A stretch of DNA of 47,077 nt from a virus: the IMG/VR virus record IMGVR_UViG_3300048080_000070, positions 1-47,077 of that record. One strand, given 5' to 3'. The position numbers were made by a program, and so were the translations under genes. The notes below the pieces were generated by a model. That model searched no databases. It had not been told where the DNA came from and saw only the letters and a list, made by a program, of their open reading frames with translations. Below, in pieces: positions 10,166 through 19,094 of this stretch (positions within the stretch are counted from its first letter, which is position 1; each line of letters begins with the position of its first letter).

Positions 10166-11458
10166 TCACGCAATCTTGACGGCACCAAAATGACTTAGGC
10201 CGATTGTATTGTCGGAGCTCACCGTTTGAGACGAGCCAGAGTTTTGACGAACGACAACGCTAAATAGATCTGCGCTCACGGCCTCGGCAATGCCGGACAT
10301 CATGTAACGCAGAACACCAGTTGTTGCACCCTCTACCCGAACGGATGCGACCGTTGAAGTAGAGTCATCATTCTTGCGGATCGAAGCAACCCTGAATCCG
10401 CTGTATCCATCGGCCCATTGAATCTGCGCGGTTAGCAGGTACACCCCACCGTATCCGCCCGGGATTGTAATGTATGACGAGCCAGAGGCGTGAAATCCAC
10501 CGACATCAAATGCCTCGGTTGACCATGTGACTCCGTGGTCGGTAGAGTTTGCTGTAGCAAGGTTGTTTGTAAGGGCTAGAAGCACCCTGCCTTGGTTGCT
10601 GCACCCGAAGATTCCCGTCGTGATGGAGAGTCCGCCAATGATGCCGCTGATGCCAAAGGTTGCGGCTCCGGTCACACCAAACGCCCCGTCAATGCTGACG
10701 CTGTGGCCGAAAGCAGCACGCCCACTTAGGGTCGCAACGCCAGTTACCCCAAGCGCCGCGTTCATGGTCACGGTCGAGCCGAACGTGGCCCATCCGGTGA
10801 CGCCAATCGCTGCGTTCATCGTGACGGTGCTGCCGAACGTCGCCCAACCAGTCACTCCAATCGCCCCGTTGACTGTGAGACTTGCCCCGAATAGTGCGTC
10901 ACGGCCAGTGCTGACACCATCAATCGCGCCAAGTGCCAAGTCGATAATCGACCCTTGATTCGCCTGGTTGCCATCCTGAATGATGCAGTCGTAGAAGTTC
11001 GGCCCGGCGAACCCCTGCACAAGCCCGTCCGAGTTCGACGTGATCATCGAGTTGGTGTAGAGAGTTGCGCCGTCGTCGTCCCGCTGGCGAATTAGCGTGG
11101 CAGGCACGGTATAGGTTGCGCTGCCCCCGGTGATGGTCGGCTGCGTGTTGCCGATGAGGAATATGCGGTCGTTCGTTGTGACCGTGAGTGCCGCGCCGGA
11201 GATGGAGATGGAGTTGCCACCGACCGCCGACACCTGCCGGATGTCCGCCGTGGCGAGTCCGCGCTGGAGCCAGTTGTTCGCTGCGAATCGGGAGGCCACA
11301 GCCGCCGAATCGAACGTGATGAGCGTTCCAGTGGAGTCCTGCGATGCATAGCCGCCACGCGGCAGGACATAGACGCGCCAACTGTTCTTCGGCCCGAGTA
11401 GGCCCGTGCTGCCCGACGCACCAGTGATATCGAATCGGAATCCAGGTATGCTAGCCAC
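10166..11458 (-). CDS. Tail fibre protein with tandem 17-aa repeats and a C-terminal jelly-roll-like domain
   Basis: The repeat AIGVTGWATFGSTVTMNA occurs twice exactly, with degenerate copies beside it. The C-terminal ~130 aa (GGYGGVYLLTAQIQW...FRVASIRKND...DLFSVVV...LSHFGAVKI) resembles a C1q/TNF-type pattern. Confidence 0.65.
   Translation of the reverse strand: MASIPGFRFDITGASGSTGLLGPKNSWRVYVLPRGGYASQDSTGTLITFDSAAVASRFAANNWLQRGLATADIRQVSAVGGNSISISGAALTVTTNDRIFLIGNTQPTITGGSATYTVPATLIRQRDDDGATLYTNSMITSNSDGLVQGFAGPNFYDCIIQDGNQANQGSIIDLALGAIDGVSTGRDALFGASLTVNGAIGVTGWATFGSTVTMNAAIGVTGWATFGSTVTMNAALGVTGVATLSGRAAFGHSVSIDGAFGVTGAATFGISGIIGGLSITTGIFGCSNQGRVLLALTNNLATANSTDHGVTWSTEAFDVGGFHASGSSYITIPGGYGGVYLLTAQIQWADGYSGFRVASIRKNDDSTSTVASVRVEGATTGVLRYMMSGIAEAVSADLFSVVVRQNSGSSQTVSSDNTIGLSHFGAVKIA
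10652..10882 (-). repeat. Tandem ~51-nt coding repeats inside the tail fibre gene
   Basis: Residues ~193-269 are LTVNGAIGVTGWATFGS / TVTMNAAIGVTGWATFGS / TVTMNAALGVTGVATLSG / ...GAFGVTGAATFG. Confidence 0.8.
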
Positions 11459-12146
11459 GGGCCATCACCTCCCTGCTCCGGTCGCCCGGGCTATTGACGT
11501 GCGCCGACATCTCACGGAAGGCCAGCCTTGCTTCGCCGAGCGCCATGTCGATTGGCATAGTCCTCTGCCCCTGCGGCAACCGCTTCGACAACTCGTACCA
11601 GGCCCGGCTCATATAGACCTCGATGGCGTAGTCGGGAATCTCCACGGGCTCGTTCTCCGCTCTTGGCGCGGGCGTCACGCGATAGAAGTTCAGCCGGGCA
11701 TTGTCGTTGGCCGACGGCACCGGAAACCAGCGGATCTGGCCCGTCTCGAAGAGGTTTGGCACCGTGTAAGTGTGCGCTTCTCCGGCAACGTCCAGCGTAT
11801 ATTTCTCCACGAAGCGGTCGTAGGGCGTGTACCGGATGGGCTGGTCGGGGGTGCCGCCGGCGGCTGTGAGATAGTGCATGGCGAGCGGCTTCTTGATGGC
11901 GCTGGCGACCGATGAGAACCGCTCGTTCGCTGTGATGGTGATGTCCTCGTCTTGAATCTCCCAAGGCCACATCCCCTTGCGGTTCATAGTGCGGACGGCG
12001 GCACGGAAGGCGTCGGCGGCTAGCGCCCGGACGGTGGTATCGGAGGCGTCAACGGGTCTTGACAATTCGTCAACTATGTCGAGGAGCGTCCGCCGCCCCG
12101 ACGCCTCTGTGCCGGTTGCGACGACGATTCCAGAGACGGTTGGCAT
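11451..12146 (-). CDS. Head-tail adaptor / tail-tubular-A-like structural protein (by position)
   Basis: 231-aa ORF between the capsid-side genes and the fibre gene. Confidence 0.4.
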   Translation of the reverse strand: MPTVSGIVVATGTEASGRRTLLDIVDELSRPVDASDTTVRALAADAFRAAVRTMNRKGMWPWEIQDEDITITANERFSSVASAIKKPLAMHYLTAAGGTPDQPIRYTPYDRFVEKYTLDVAGEAHTYTVPNLFETGQIRWFPVPSANDNARLNFYRVTPAPRAENEPVEIPDYAIEVYMSRAWYELSKRLPQGQRTMPIDMALGEARLAFREMSAHVNSPGDRSREVMARG

Positions 12147-12509
12147 CTAGCGAATCCCCGGGAATACCTGCCCGACACGCAGGGCCTTCGTGATATGCCG
12201 CATCTGGACTTCGGTGAGATGTCTCATGGCCTTGCGGAACTCCAGCCGCCAGCCGGGCCGGACAAGTTTCAGCCCGGAATACAGCGTGGCCGAGGTTACG
12301 TTCCCCCGCGGCAAACTCAGGAGGGTGATTGCCGGAGCCTGCCGGTAGACCTTGCGCGTTGACAACTGATCGTTCCACGGCATGTCCTTGTAGCCGCGGC
12401 ACACGTTGATGTAGCCGCCGTTCTCGCGGTTGTCGCGGACGTAGCAGTCGGGAACGTGCCGCTCAAACGCCGCGATGATTTTTCCGTGTTCGATGGAGCC
12501 GTAATACAT
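12147..12509 (-). CDS. Hypothetical structural-module protein
   Basis: The internal ATG at 12509 has GGAGGG 3-4 nt upstream. The ORF-track start at 12560 is a TTG. Confidence 0.5.
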   Translation of the reverse strand: MYYGSIEHGKIIAAFERHVPDCYVRDNRENGGYINVCRGYKDMPWNDQLSTRKVYRQAPAITLLSLPRGNVTSATLYSGLKLVRPGWRLEFRKAMRHLTEVQMRHITKALRVGQVFPGIR

Positions 12510-12567
12510 GAACCCTCCGAAGTATTGGGGGCAGGGGCCGCAGCCCCCACCCCCGGCCAACTTACTG

Positions 12568-13671
12568 TTACTGCCAGTTCTGGTCGTCGTCCTGGGCGAC
12601 GCTCTTCGCTCTGGTCGTGGCGACCTTGATGATCTGTCCGGCGAGTGGGTTCAAGACGCCCCCGCTGCCGACGTAGATCTTCCAGGTCATGATTCCCACC
12701 AGCCCGTAGGGATCGTTCTTGTCGGGCTTGCTCGGCGGGATGTAGTTGACCTGCGGAACCCCGACACCCTTCGCGTGGCTGATGCGGGCGGCGTAGCCCT
12801 CACCGACCACCGGGCAACGGATGATCTGGTCCGCGGTGTCAACCGTGCCGGGGAAGTTGACCGACACGTTCTCGTCCTCGATGACTCGGATTCCGAAGAC
12901 TTCTCCGATCATCGCCCTCTCGAACTTGTCCTCACCCCGCAAGTCCCCCTTGAGGGCGATGTCCTGGAAGGTGGCGTCGGTTCTCAGGTCGCCGGCGATT
13001 TCCGGCGAGATGAGGCAGTCGTAGGCCCGGCGTGCGCCCATCCGACGACGGGCGCTCCGAGACCGCAGCCCGGTATAGGCGCTGTTGAACGTCTCGGCGG
13101 CGATCCGGTGCGACGGAATGTCGGCGTCCAGAGTCGCCTCGGTGAGTGTCTGCGACCCGTCCCCCCACGTCACGGCGACGGAGGTTGACGCGCCGAAGTA
13201 GGTCACGCTCGGCACCGTGCTGCTTTGGGAAGCCCCAAAGTCGGTTGTCCCGGTTGAAGAGACCATGATGTTGATGGCCCGCTGATCCAGCGTGTCCTTC
13301 GCGTTGTAAAGGAACCGCTCAGACAGCACCGGGACTGGGTTGGGCTCGGCCGTCATGATCGACTGCTCGGAAAGCTGCAAGTCGTTTCCGATGAGCCGGA
13401 GCGAATAGACAACCGAATCGACTGTGAACGACCGGCCCTTGAGTCCCGCGAAGGTCGCGTACCCAAGAAACTGCGAGATCCCGGCCACCTGCTTCGGGAA
13501 CGAGTTGATGCGGTGGAACTCGATGACCGTGCCTGCGTTGGCAGGAATAACCTGCGATTCCATCAGGTCAGTAGCCATCAGGTCGTTTTGGAGAATCCCG
13601 AGCAACTGCTGTTTCCAGTAGTTGCGAAGGATTGCCTCCGGTCCCCCGGAGGTAGTTATCAGAACTGCCAT
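12568..13671 (-). CDS. Major capsid protein (HK97-fold type inferred)
   Basis: 367-aa ORF immediately downstream of the scaffold-like gene. Size, position and overall sequence character are typical of an MCP. Confidence 0.7.
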   Translation of the reverse strand: MAVLITTSGGPEAILRNYWKQQLLGILQNDLMATDLMESQVIPANAGTVIEFHRINSFPKQVAGISQFLGYATFAGLKGRSFTVDSVVYSLRLIGNDLQLSEQSIMTAEPNPVPVLSERFLYNAKDTLDQRAINIMVSSTGTTDFGASQSSTVPSVTYFGASTSVAVTWGDGSQTLTEATLDADIPSHRIAAETFNSAYTGLRSRSARRRMGARRAYDCLISPEIAGDLRTDATFQDIALKGDLRGEDKFERAMIGEVFGIRVIEDENVSVNFPGTVDTADQIIRCPVVGEGYAARISHAKGVGVPQVNYIPPSKPDKNDPYGLVGIMTWKIYVGSGGVLNPLAGQIIKVATTRAKSVAQDDDQNWQ

Positions 13672-13698
13672 TGGTCGAACCTCACTCTATGGCCGGTC

Positions 13699-14610
13699 TT
13701 AGCGGAACTGTTCGACTGATTGCTTGAGAAGCGCGGACACATCGTCCCTGGTGAGCTTCGCCACATCAATCGTTTCCGCCTTGCCGGCCGGTTGTTTTCT
13801 TGGTCCAGTTGGCGATGCTGACGCAGCCTTGGCGGCTTCGCGCTGTACGCGCTGGACGCTTTGGACCGCCACAACAGCATCGCTCCTCTTGGTTTCCTTC
13901 ACGCTCTCACGTACCCCTTCCTGCCAGCGGTTGTGGGCGATACGGAGGAATCCGTCAAGGCTCTCGCGTGGCAACTCCTGTTCACGCGGGCTGAGCACTT
14001 TCACGGCCTCTGTACGCATCCACGTCCCGAACTCATCGGCCTCCGCACCAGTCATGCCCTTCTCGTTGAGGAAGCTGTTGAGGACGAGCGCCTGATCCTC
14101 CGTCGTGGCCGTTCGTGTCTCGGGCGGAACGTAGCTGGCGGACGACGGGTGCATCGTGCTTTCGAGTTCGCTGATGACCCGATCAACGTCCGCCTCCGGT
14201 ACACCCTGTTCGGAACGGCTGGCCCTGAGTGTCTTGAGGGCCTTGTCGGCGACGGTGGCCTTGCGGATATAGCGGTCGCGCAGGATGCGCTCGCTCTCCG
14301 CCTGTCGCTGCTGGAGCGCCTGGGTTCGGAGGTTGGCCTGCTCTTCGATCTGCTTGCCGCGGGCCTCCGAGTCGTCGAGACGCTTCTTGAGGGATACGAG
14401 GTCGTCGCTTTCGACAACGGCCCCTTCGGCACCTTCGGTTACTGCTGCTTCCGCCTGCACGGTCTCGGCTGCGGGTGCTTCTGCGGCCGGTGGCTCCGGT
14501 GCGGCGGTTGTGACCTGCGCAGACTCCGACTCGTCTGGATGCGCGAGTTGCTGGAACGCTGCGTTGGCCTGCTCTTCCGTGATCTTCTCGGTGCCGGCTG
14601 ATGCTGGCAT
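13699..14610 (-). CDS. Scaffolding protein
   Basis: 303 aa, rich in Ala, Glu and Gln with coiled-coil character. It lies between the portal-side genes and the MCP. Confidence 0.6.
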   Translation of the reverse strand: MPASAGTEKITEEQANAAFQQLAHPDESESAQVTTAAPEPPAAEAPAAETVQAEAAVTEGAEGAVVESDDLVSLKKRLDDSEARGKQIEEQANLRTQALQQRQAESERILRDRYIRKATVADKALKTLRASRSEQGVPEADVDRVISELESTMHPSSASYVPPETRTATTEDQALVLNSFLNEKGMTGAEADEFGTWMRTEAVKVLSPREQELPRESLDGFLRIAHNRWQEGVRESVKETKRSDAVVAVQSVQRVQREAAKAASASPTGPRKQPAGKAETIDVAKLTRDDVSALLKQSVEQFR

Positions 14611-14634
14611 AGCCCGTCTCCTTTGGCGTCCCGG

Positions 14635-14967
14635 CTAGGCCGGTGGCTCGCCCTCTGTGTCTCCCGGTTGCGATGCCGGCGAGTGATAGACCTGCTCCAG
14701 CCGCGATAGAAGCCACTGGAGTTCCCTGTCTCTCGCCAACATCGACTTGCACATCAACGGGTCGCTGGGCTCCGGGAGTTTCGCCCGCCCCGTCACTCTG
14801 GACTGAATGATGCCGGTCAAAGCCTCGTACATAGCGGTGTTGCCGCGGAGATGGACGCCAAGGCGCTGCTCGTCCGCGCTGAGACGGTTCCGCATAAACG
14901 GGAGGATGTCCCGAACCATGTCGGAGACGCGCCGCGTGGCGGCTTGCACGCCTCTAGGCACCGTCAT
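14635..14967 (-). CDS. Hypothetical protein
   Basis: The internal ATG at 14967 has AAGAGG 7 nt upstream. The longer ORF-track start at 15030 would overlap the neighbouring gene heavily. Confidence 0.45.
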   Translation of the reverse strand: MTVPRGVQAATRRVSDMVRDILPFMRNRLSADEQRLGVHLRGNTAMYEALTGIIQSRVTGRAKLPEPSDPLMCKSMLARDRELQWLLSRLEQVYHSPASQPGDTEGEPPA

Positions 14968-15151
14968 TCTTGAGCCTCTTGAACGCAGCGCACAGTTCCC
15001 GCGCATCGACGGTCGGCAGGCCGGACGCACTCACCATGCGGATGAAGGCATCGAGCGGGACCGCCTTGATCATGGCCTCGAAACCCTTGATTGGCCTGAT
15101 AATCGTGCCCGGCTCATCGAATCTGCGATGTTTCACTCGCTCCTCCCTCAT
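14954..15151 (-). CDS. Hypothetical small protein
   Basis: 65-aa ORF. Its start overlaps the portal stop. Confidence 0.45.
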   Translation of the reverse strand: MREERVKHRRFDEPGTIIRPIKGFEAMIKAVPLDAFIRMVSASGLPTVDARELCAAFKRLKNDGA

Positions 15152-17115
15152 GAAGATTCACCGGCGCTCTGGGTTGGCGTTACGCCGCCGGTTGCGCCAC
15201 CGCTGCCGGGATTGCGGCGACCCTTGCTCGGTGGAGCGCCGCCACCCGCTCCGGCACCCGACGCTGGCCCAACCGTGTTCGAGAGTCCCATTGCCTGCAT
15301 CCGGGCCACGATCTCTTCCGGGTCTTTGATCATGAGGCGCTCGAGGCCCTTCACATCAAGCACCTCGTCGCCATAGCGGCGGACGAACTCGTGCCAATCG
15401 GTCGAAGCGAGCGTCAGCGGGTTCGACGCGAGAATGTTGGCGAAGTCGCGGAATTGGTTCGCCTTGCCAGCCTTGCTCAAGAGACTGCGCGCTCCAACAA
15501 ACGTGATGTCGGTCACTGCGTCGATGTCGAAGTACGATACCGACGTGGTTTCCATTTCGCCGATCCGCCGGAACACCTTGGCCTCGTCGTCGAGGTTGAT
15601 GTAGTAGAGGTCGTTCACCAGCCGCCCCATGACCGGCAATTCGTCGCGCTCGATGAGGACGGCGAGTTGGTCGGTGTTCTGGAGGGCCGCGGCTGTCACC
15701 GTATTGACCTCGGTGGCAGTTGTGTCCCCGCTCTGACGAATCTGGCCCTGCACCGGGTCGCGGGCGTTCATGGCGTTCCGCATGGTCTGGGAGATGACGT
15801 TGAGTGCGCCGACGGCAATCTGGAGGCCGCTGTAATCCTTGGGAAGCGGCACGAGTTGGTCCACCTCGCCCTGGAGAGTAAAGACCTCGCGTGGCCTGCG
15901 CGTCTCAAGGTCGTGGGCAAAGTTCGGCCCCTCGCCACCGCCGACAAGATAGTTTTGATACACCGACTCGATGAGCGCCTGCACGGTCAGGATGAGTTGC
16001 GTGTCGCTCACGTCTTGGAGATAGCGCACGACGGTCAGGGGCGAGAGGCCGTAGATGCCGCGGCCGGTCGGCAGAATCGTGATGGTTCCGCCCTGGATCT
16101 GACCGTTCCGCTGTGGCGACTGAATGGCTTGGATGCAGATACCATTGACCATGCGGATGACAACCGCGCCGTTGTGGTCGATCTTACCGATCTCCTCGGC
16201 GACTTCCTTCGGCACCATACCCTCGAACATCCAGCCACCGTAGTAGCCGTATTGCGCCACGTCCTTGACATCTTCGAGCGTCAGGTTCTCGGTGAGGAGT
16301 TTGGGGTGCTGCGACTGATCTGGGCCGGTGGCGTGTTCGTCCGGCTCGCCTTCCAGCACACGCGCAATGCCATCGGCATCCCAATTCTCGTCGCTCTTCA
16401 ACGCTTCCAGTGCCTCGTCTCGGATGCGGAACCGCTTGACCTTGTAGTGAAGTTGGTCGAAGCGGTTGGCGGACGGGTCGAACCATGTGTCGAACAGGTC
16501 GTCCGTTTCGAGCGTTGGGTCATCGTGGATTGGCACCTTGACGTTTTGGAGCACCGTCATGATGGCCCCGGTATCCGGGTTGCGGAGGAAGTCGCCCGGA
16601 TTCGTCGGGTCGGGCACGGGCATCCGGCGCGGAACCAGCCGGAGGTCGCGCCGCCAACGGGCGCTGTACGAGCCAAGCCCAAAGACGAGGCCGTCTCCGA
16701 TGGTCTCGAAGTTCGTGCGGAAGTTCCCCGGGCGCTCCAAGCCGTACATGACAAGTCGCCCGACTTTCTTGGAGGAGTCGATGTCCTCATCGCCCACCGG
16801 GTCGGCCTGAACGTAGTCACGGACGCCGAAGAGGCCCGCAAGCAGTAGTGCCCTGAGCGTATTGACCCCCTGATGCGATTCCGGCGTCTTGAGGAAGTTG
16901 ATGGGCGACATGTCGAAGCGGTTGGTAGTGCCACTCGCCATCGGATACGTCTTGTTTGGAGACCGCGAGTTAAGCGTGGATTCGACGCGATAGTTGGCCC
17001 AATTTTCGTACCACCCGGGCTCGTATTCTTTGCGAACGGAATTGGCCTGCTCGACGCAATCGTTGATGAAGTCCATTGCGGCCTGGTCGCGCTTGCGGAA
17101 GGCGAAGTTACTCAT
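15148..17115 (-). CDS. Portal protein
   Basis: 655-aa ORF upstream of the scaffold and MCP genes. Size and gene order are canonical for a portal. Confidence 0.65.
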   Translation of the reverse strand: MSNFAFRKRDQAAMDFINDCVEQANSVRKEYEPGWYENWANYRVESTLNSRSPNKTYPMASGTTNRFDMSPINFLKTPESHQGVNTLRALLLAGLFGVRDYVQADPVGDEDIDSSKKVGRLVMYGLERPGNFRTNFETIGDGLVFGLGSYSARWRRDLRLVPRRMPVPDPTNPGDFLRNPDTGAIMTVLQNVKVPIHDDPTLETDDLFDTWFDPSANRFDQLHYKVKRFRIRDEALEALKSDENWDADGIARVLEGEPDEHATGPDQSQHPKLLTENLTLEDVKDVAQYGYYGGWMFEGMVPKEVAEEIGKIDHNGAVVIRMVNGICIQAIQSPQRNGQIQGGTITILPTGRGIYGLSPLTVVRYLQDVSDTQLILTVQALIESVYQNYLVGGGEGPNFAHDLETRRPREVFTLQGEVDQLVPLPKDYSGLQIAVGALNVISQTMRNAMNARDPVQGQIRQSGDTTATEVNTVTAAALQNTDQLAVLIERDELPVMGRLVNDLYYINLDDEAKVFRRIGEMETTSVSYFDIDAVTDITFVGARSLLSKAGKANQFRDFANILASNPLTLASTDWHEFVRRYGDEVLDVKGLERLMIKDPEEIVARMQAMGLSNTVGPASGAGAGGGAPPSKGRRNPGSGGATGGVTPTQSAGESS

Positions 17116-17117
17116 GT

Positions 17118-17960
17118 TTAGCCAATCGAAAGCCTCTGCTCGTCAGTCGTCTGCTTGCCAGCAATTTCCATCCCCCGCCGTGCCTTGTAATACTTCTCGA
17201 CCTGCATAAGCGGCAATTCCTTCATGTGGTCGAACCAGACGAGCGGGTGGACGGCCAGCGTGAAGCCTGCGCGGTTTGCCTCGACCCCGAAGTTGATGTC
17301 CTCGCCGGCACGCACCTTGCGGTCGTCAAGATAGGTGAAGTAGAACGGCGCAGAGCCGAGGCCGTGTGGCTTCGGAGCGAACACCCGGCGACGGATGGCG
17401 ATACAGCCCGTGCCTACAATGGGCACGCGGTATGGCTGCTTCACGGATTCGTCTGGAATGGGCAGGTTATAGCACTTGCTCTCGTCGTTCACGCCATAGT
17501 TGTTGACCCGGTACATTGATTCGGCGTCCATGTTGCCGACCCACACGGGCGTCAGGCCGCTCACGATGTCCGCGTTCGTCACCGTGCAGAGTTGCCAGAA
17601 GTTCTCCGGGACGATCTGATCGTCGTCGATCATCATGAGCCAGTCGGCGTCGGTCTCGGCCAGGAACGTGTTGACGATGCAGTTGCGGGCGTAGTCCGGG
17701 CCGCGTTTGCCAGCCTCGATATGGATGCCGAACCGGAACGGGCACTCGGGGAGGTGAGAGGACGCCATTGCGCGGGCAAACATGAGCGCGATGGAATAGT
17801 TCACCTTGCCACTCACAGTCGGAACCGCGATGAAGACGGACGGCTTCCGACCCGGCTGAATAGACTCCCGGCGCGACCGCTCCTGCGCGATGTTGACGAT
17901 TGGAGCGGGGGCGGACGAAGCGAACGAGCGCGTCCGCTGGTGTCTGTGGCGTACGCTCAT
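17118..17960 (-). CDS. GT-A fold (family-2-like) glycosyltransferase embedded in the structural operon
   Basis: Motifs: VFIAVPT...; a DxD-type motif (LMMIDDDQIV); GTGCIAIRRRVF; EDINFGVEANRAGF. The start at 17960 is ATGA-coupled to the upstream stop. Confidence 0.7.
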   Translation of the reverse strand: MSVRHRHQRTRSFASSAPAPIVNIAQERSRRESIQPGRKPSVFIAVPTVSGKVNYSIALMFARAMASSHLPECPFRFGIHIEAGKRGPDYARNCIVNTFLAETDADWLMMIDDDQIVPENFWQLCTVTNADIVSGLTPVWVGNMDAESMYRVNNYGVNDESKCYNLPIPDESVKQPYRVPIVGTGCIAIRRRVFAPKPHGLGSAPFYFTYLDDRKVRAGEDINFGVEANRAGFTLAVHPLVWFDHMKELPLMQVEKYYKARRGMEIAGKQTTDEQRLSIG

Positions 17961-18151
17961 TTGAATCCGACCCTCTCTCTGCGGCAAACACGAAACTTCT
18001 CGCCGTCCACCTCGACGAACAGTAGCGTCTCGTCGTTGTATTCTTGAATGGTTAGCGTCCGATCCTTCGGCGGATCATCTGGCCAGAGACGATGAACATG
18101 CTTACCGCTCCATCCATCATCCCACGTTGCTTTGACGTTACGGCTTCCCAC
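17957..18151 (-). CDS. Hypothetical small protein
   Basis: 64-aa ORF, coupled at both ends. Confidence 0.5.
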   Translation of the reverse strand: MGSRNVKATWDDGWSGKHVHRLWPDDPPKDRTLTIQEYNDETLLFVEVDGEKFRVCRRERVGFK

Positions 18152-18356
18152 GCATCTTCCTCCGTCTCATGCGACTCGCACCAAACGCACCGGCAAGGGA
18201 TCCAAGGTTTCCACCAGCCCGCCCAATCGGAATGTTGGGCGGCGGCTCGGGAAGTTTATTAGGCGGCGGCAATCTCCTGATTGGCCCAGTCGCCTTCTTG
18301 CGTCGTCCGGCAAGTGCCCCGAGTGCTCCACTAAAGTAACTACCTGTGTGTGGCAT
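18138..18356 (-). CDS. Small, very basic Pro/Gly/Arg-rich protein
   Basis: 72-aa ORF of low complexity. Confidence 0.4.
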   Translation of the reverse strand: MPHTGSYFSGALGALAGRRKKATGPIRRLPPPNKLPEPPPNIPIGRAGGNLGSLAGAFGASRMRRRKMRGKP

Positions 18357-18367
18357 GGACTTCCTCC

Positions 18368-18727
18368 TCAGTATTCTCCGGCCATACCGATGGCGATTGT
18401 TGCCCCTCCAGAAAACCCCTGAACTAGAAATGTTGACGGTCTCGGGATAAGACTGGTTGCGTCAGCCGTCGTACCCATCAGGTAATTCCCATTGGCGGTT
18501 ATTGCCGTCACGCCAGCAATCACGAATGTTGCGCCTCCAATGGCCCCAACAAGTACGACTCCAAAGTGGCCGCCAGATCCAGTAGTAAACCCCGTCACCC
18601 TGGCGCCGAACACCGCACTAGAGAACAACTTAGCTGGAATCTCCGCTGATACAGGCCCACTTTCAGCACCCGAACCAGAGAGAATATTCTGAGTGCTACT
18701 CGCAATCACTCCATTCCACGACCCCAT
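18368..18727 (-). CDS. 'IGGATF' family paralog B (119 aa), unknown function
   Basis: Shares FGVVLVGAIGGATFVIAGVT...IPRPS...AGEY with the adjacent 118-aa gene. Confidence 0.6.
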   Translation of the reverse strand: MGSWNGVIASSTQNILSGSGAESGPVSAEIPAKLFSSAVFGARVTGFTTGSGGHFGVVLVGAIGGATFVIAGVTAITANGNYLMGTTADATSLIPRPSTFLVQGFSGGATIAIGMAGEY

Positions 18728-19084
18728 TCAGCTATAGTCCCCGGCCAGATAGACCGACGCCGTGAAGCCGGTGACGGTTCCAGCCGACTGGAACGCGACG
18801 TACATCGGGCGCGGGATGCCGAAGGTTGCGCCACCAGTCGTGCCGATGATTCTCGACGCCGCGGAGTTCACGGTTGTCACCCCGGCGATGACGAACGTTG
18901 CCCCACCGACGGAGCCAACGATTTGTACCCCGAAGGAGCCGGACACACCATCGAGTGTCTTGATCGCAAAGAGCCCCGTGCGAAACCACTTCTGCGGCAC
19001 TTCGGCTGAGACGGTGACATAGGACACCCCCCCAACCTGTAACGTCTGTGTGAGAGAGGCGAGATGTCCGTTGAACGATGCCAT
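18728..19084 (-). CDS. 'IGGATF' family paralog A (118 aa), unknown function
   Basis: Contains FGVQIVGSVGGATFVIAGVT...IPRPM...AGDYS. It abuts paralog B with no spacer. Confidence 0.6.
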   Translation of the reverse strand: MASFNGHLASLTQTLQVGGVSYVTVSAEVPQKWFRTGLFAIKTLDGVSGSFGVQIVGSVGGATFVIAGVTTVNSAASRIIGTTGGATFGIPRPMYVAFQSAGTVTGFTASVYLAGDYS

Positions 19085-19094
19085 ATCAGCCCCC

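Noticed and set aside
15391-16848. 485-aa plus-strand ORF opposite the portal gene
   Set aside because: It is antisense to a well-supported structural gene. Its composition is rich in Arg, Gly, Val and Asp, typical of shadow ORFs in GC-rich DNA. It has no SD context.
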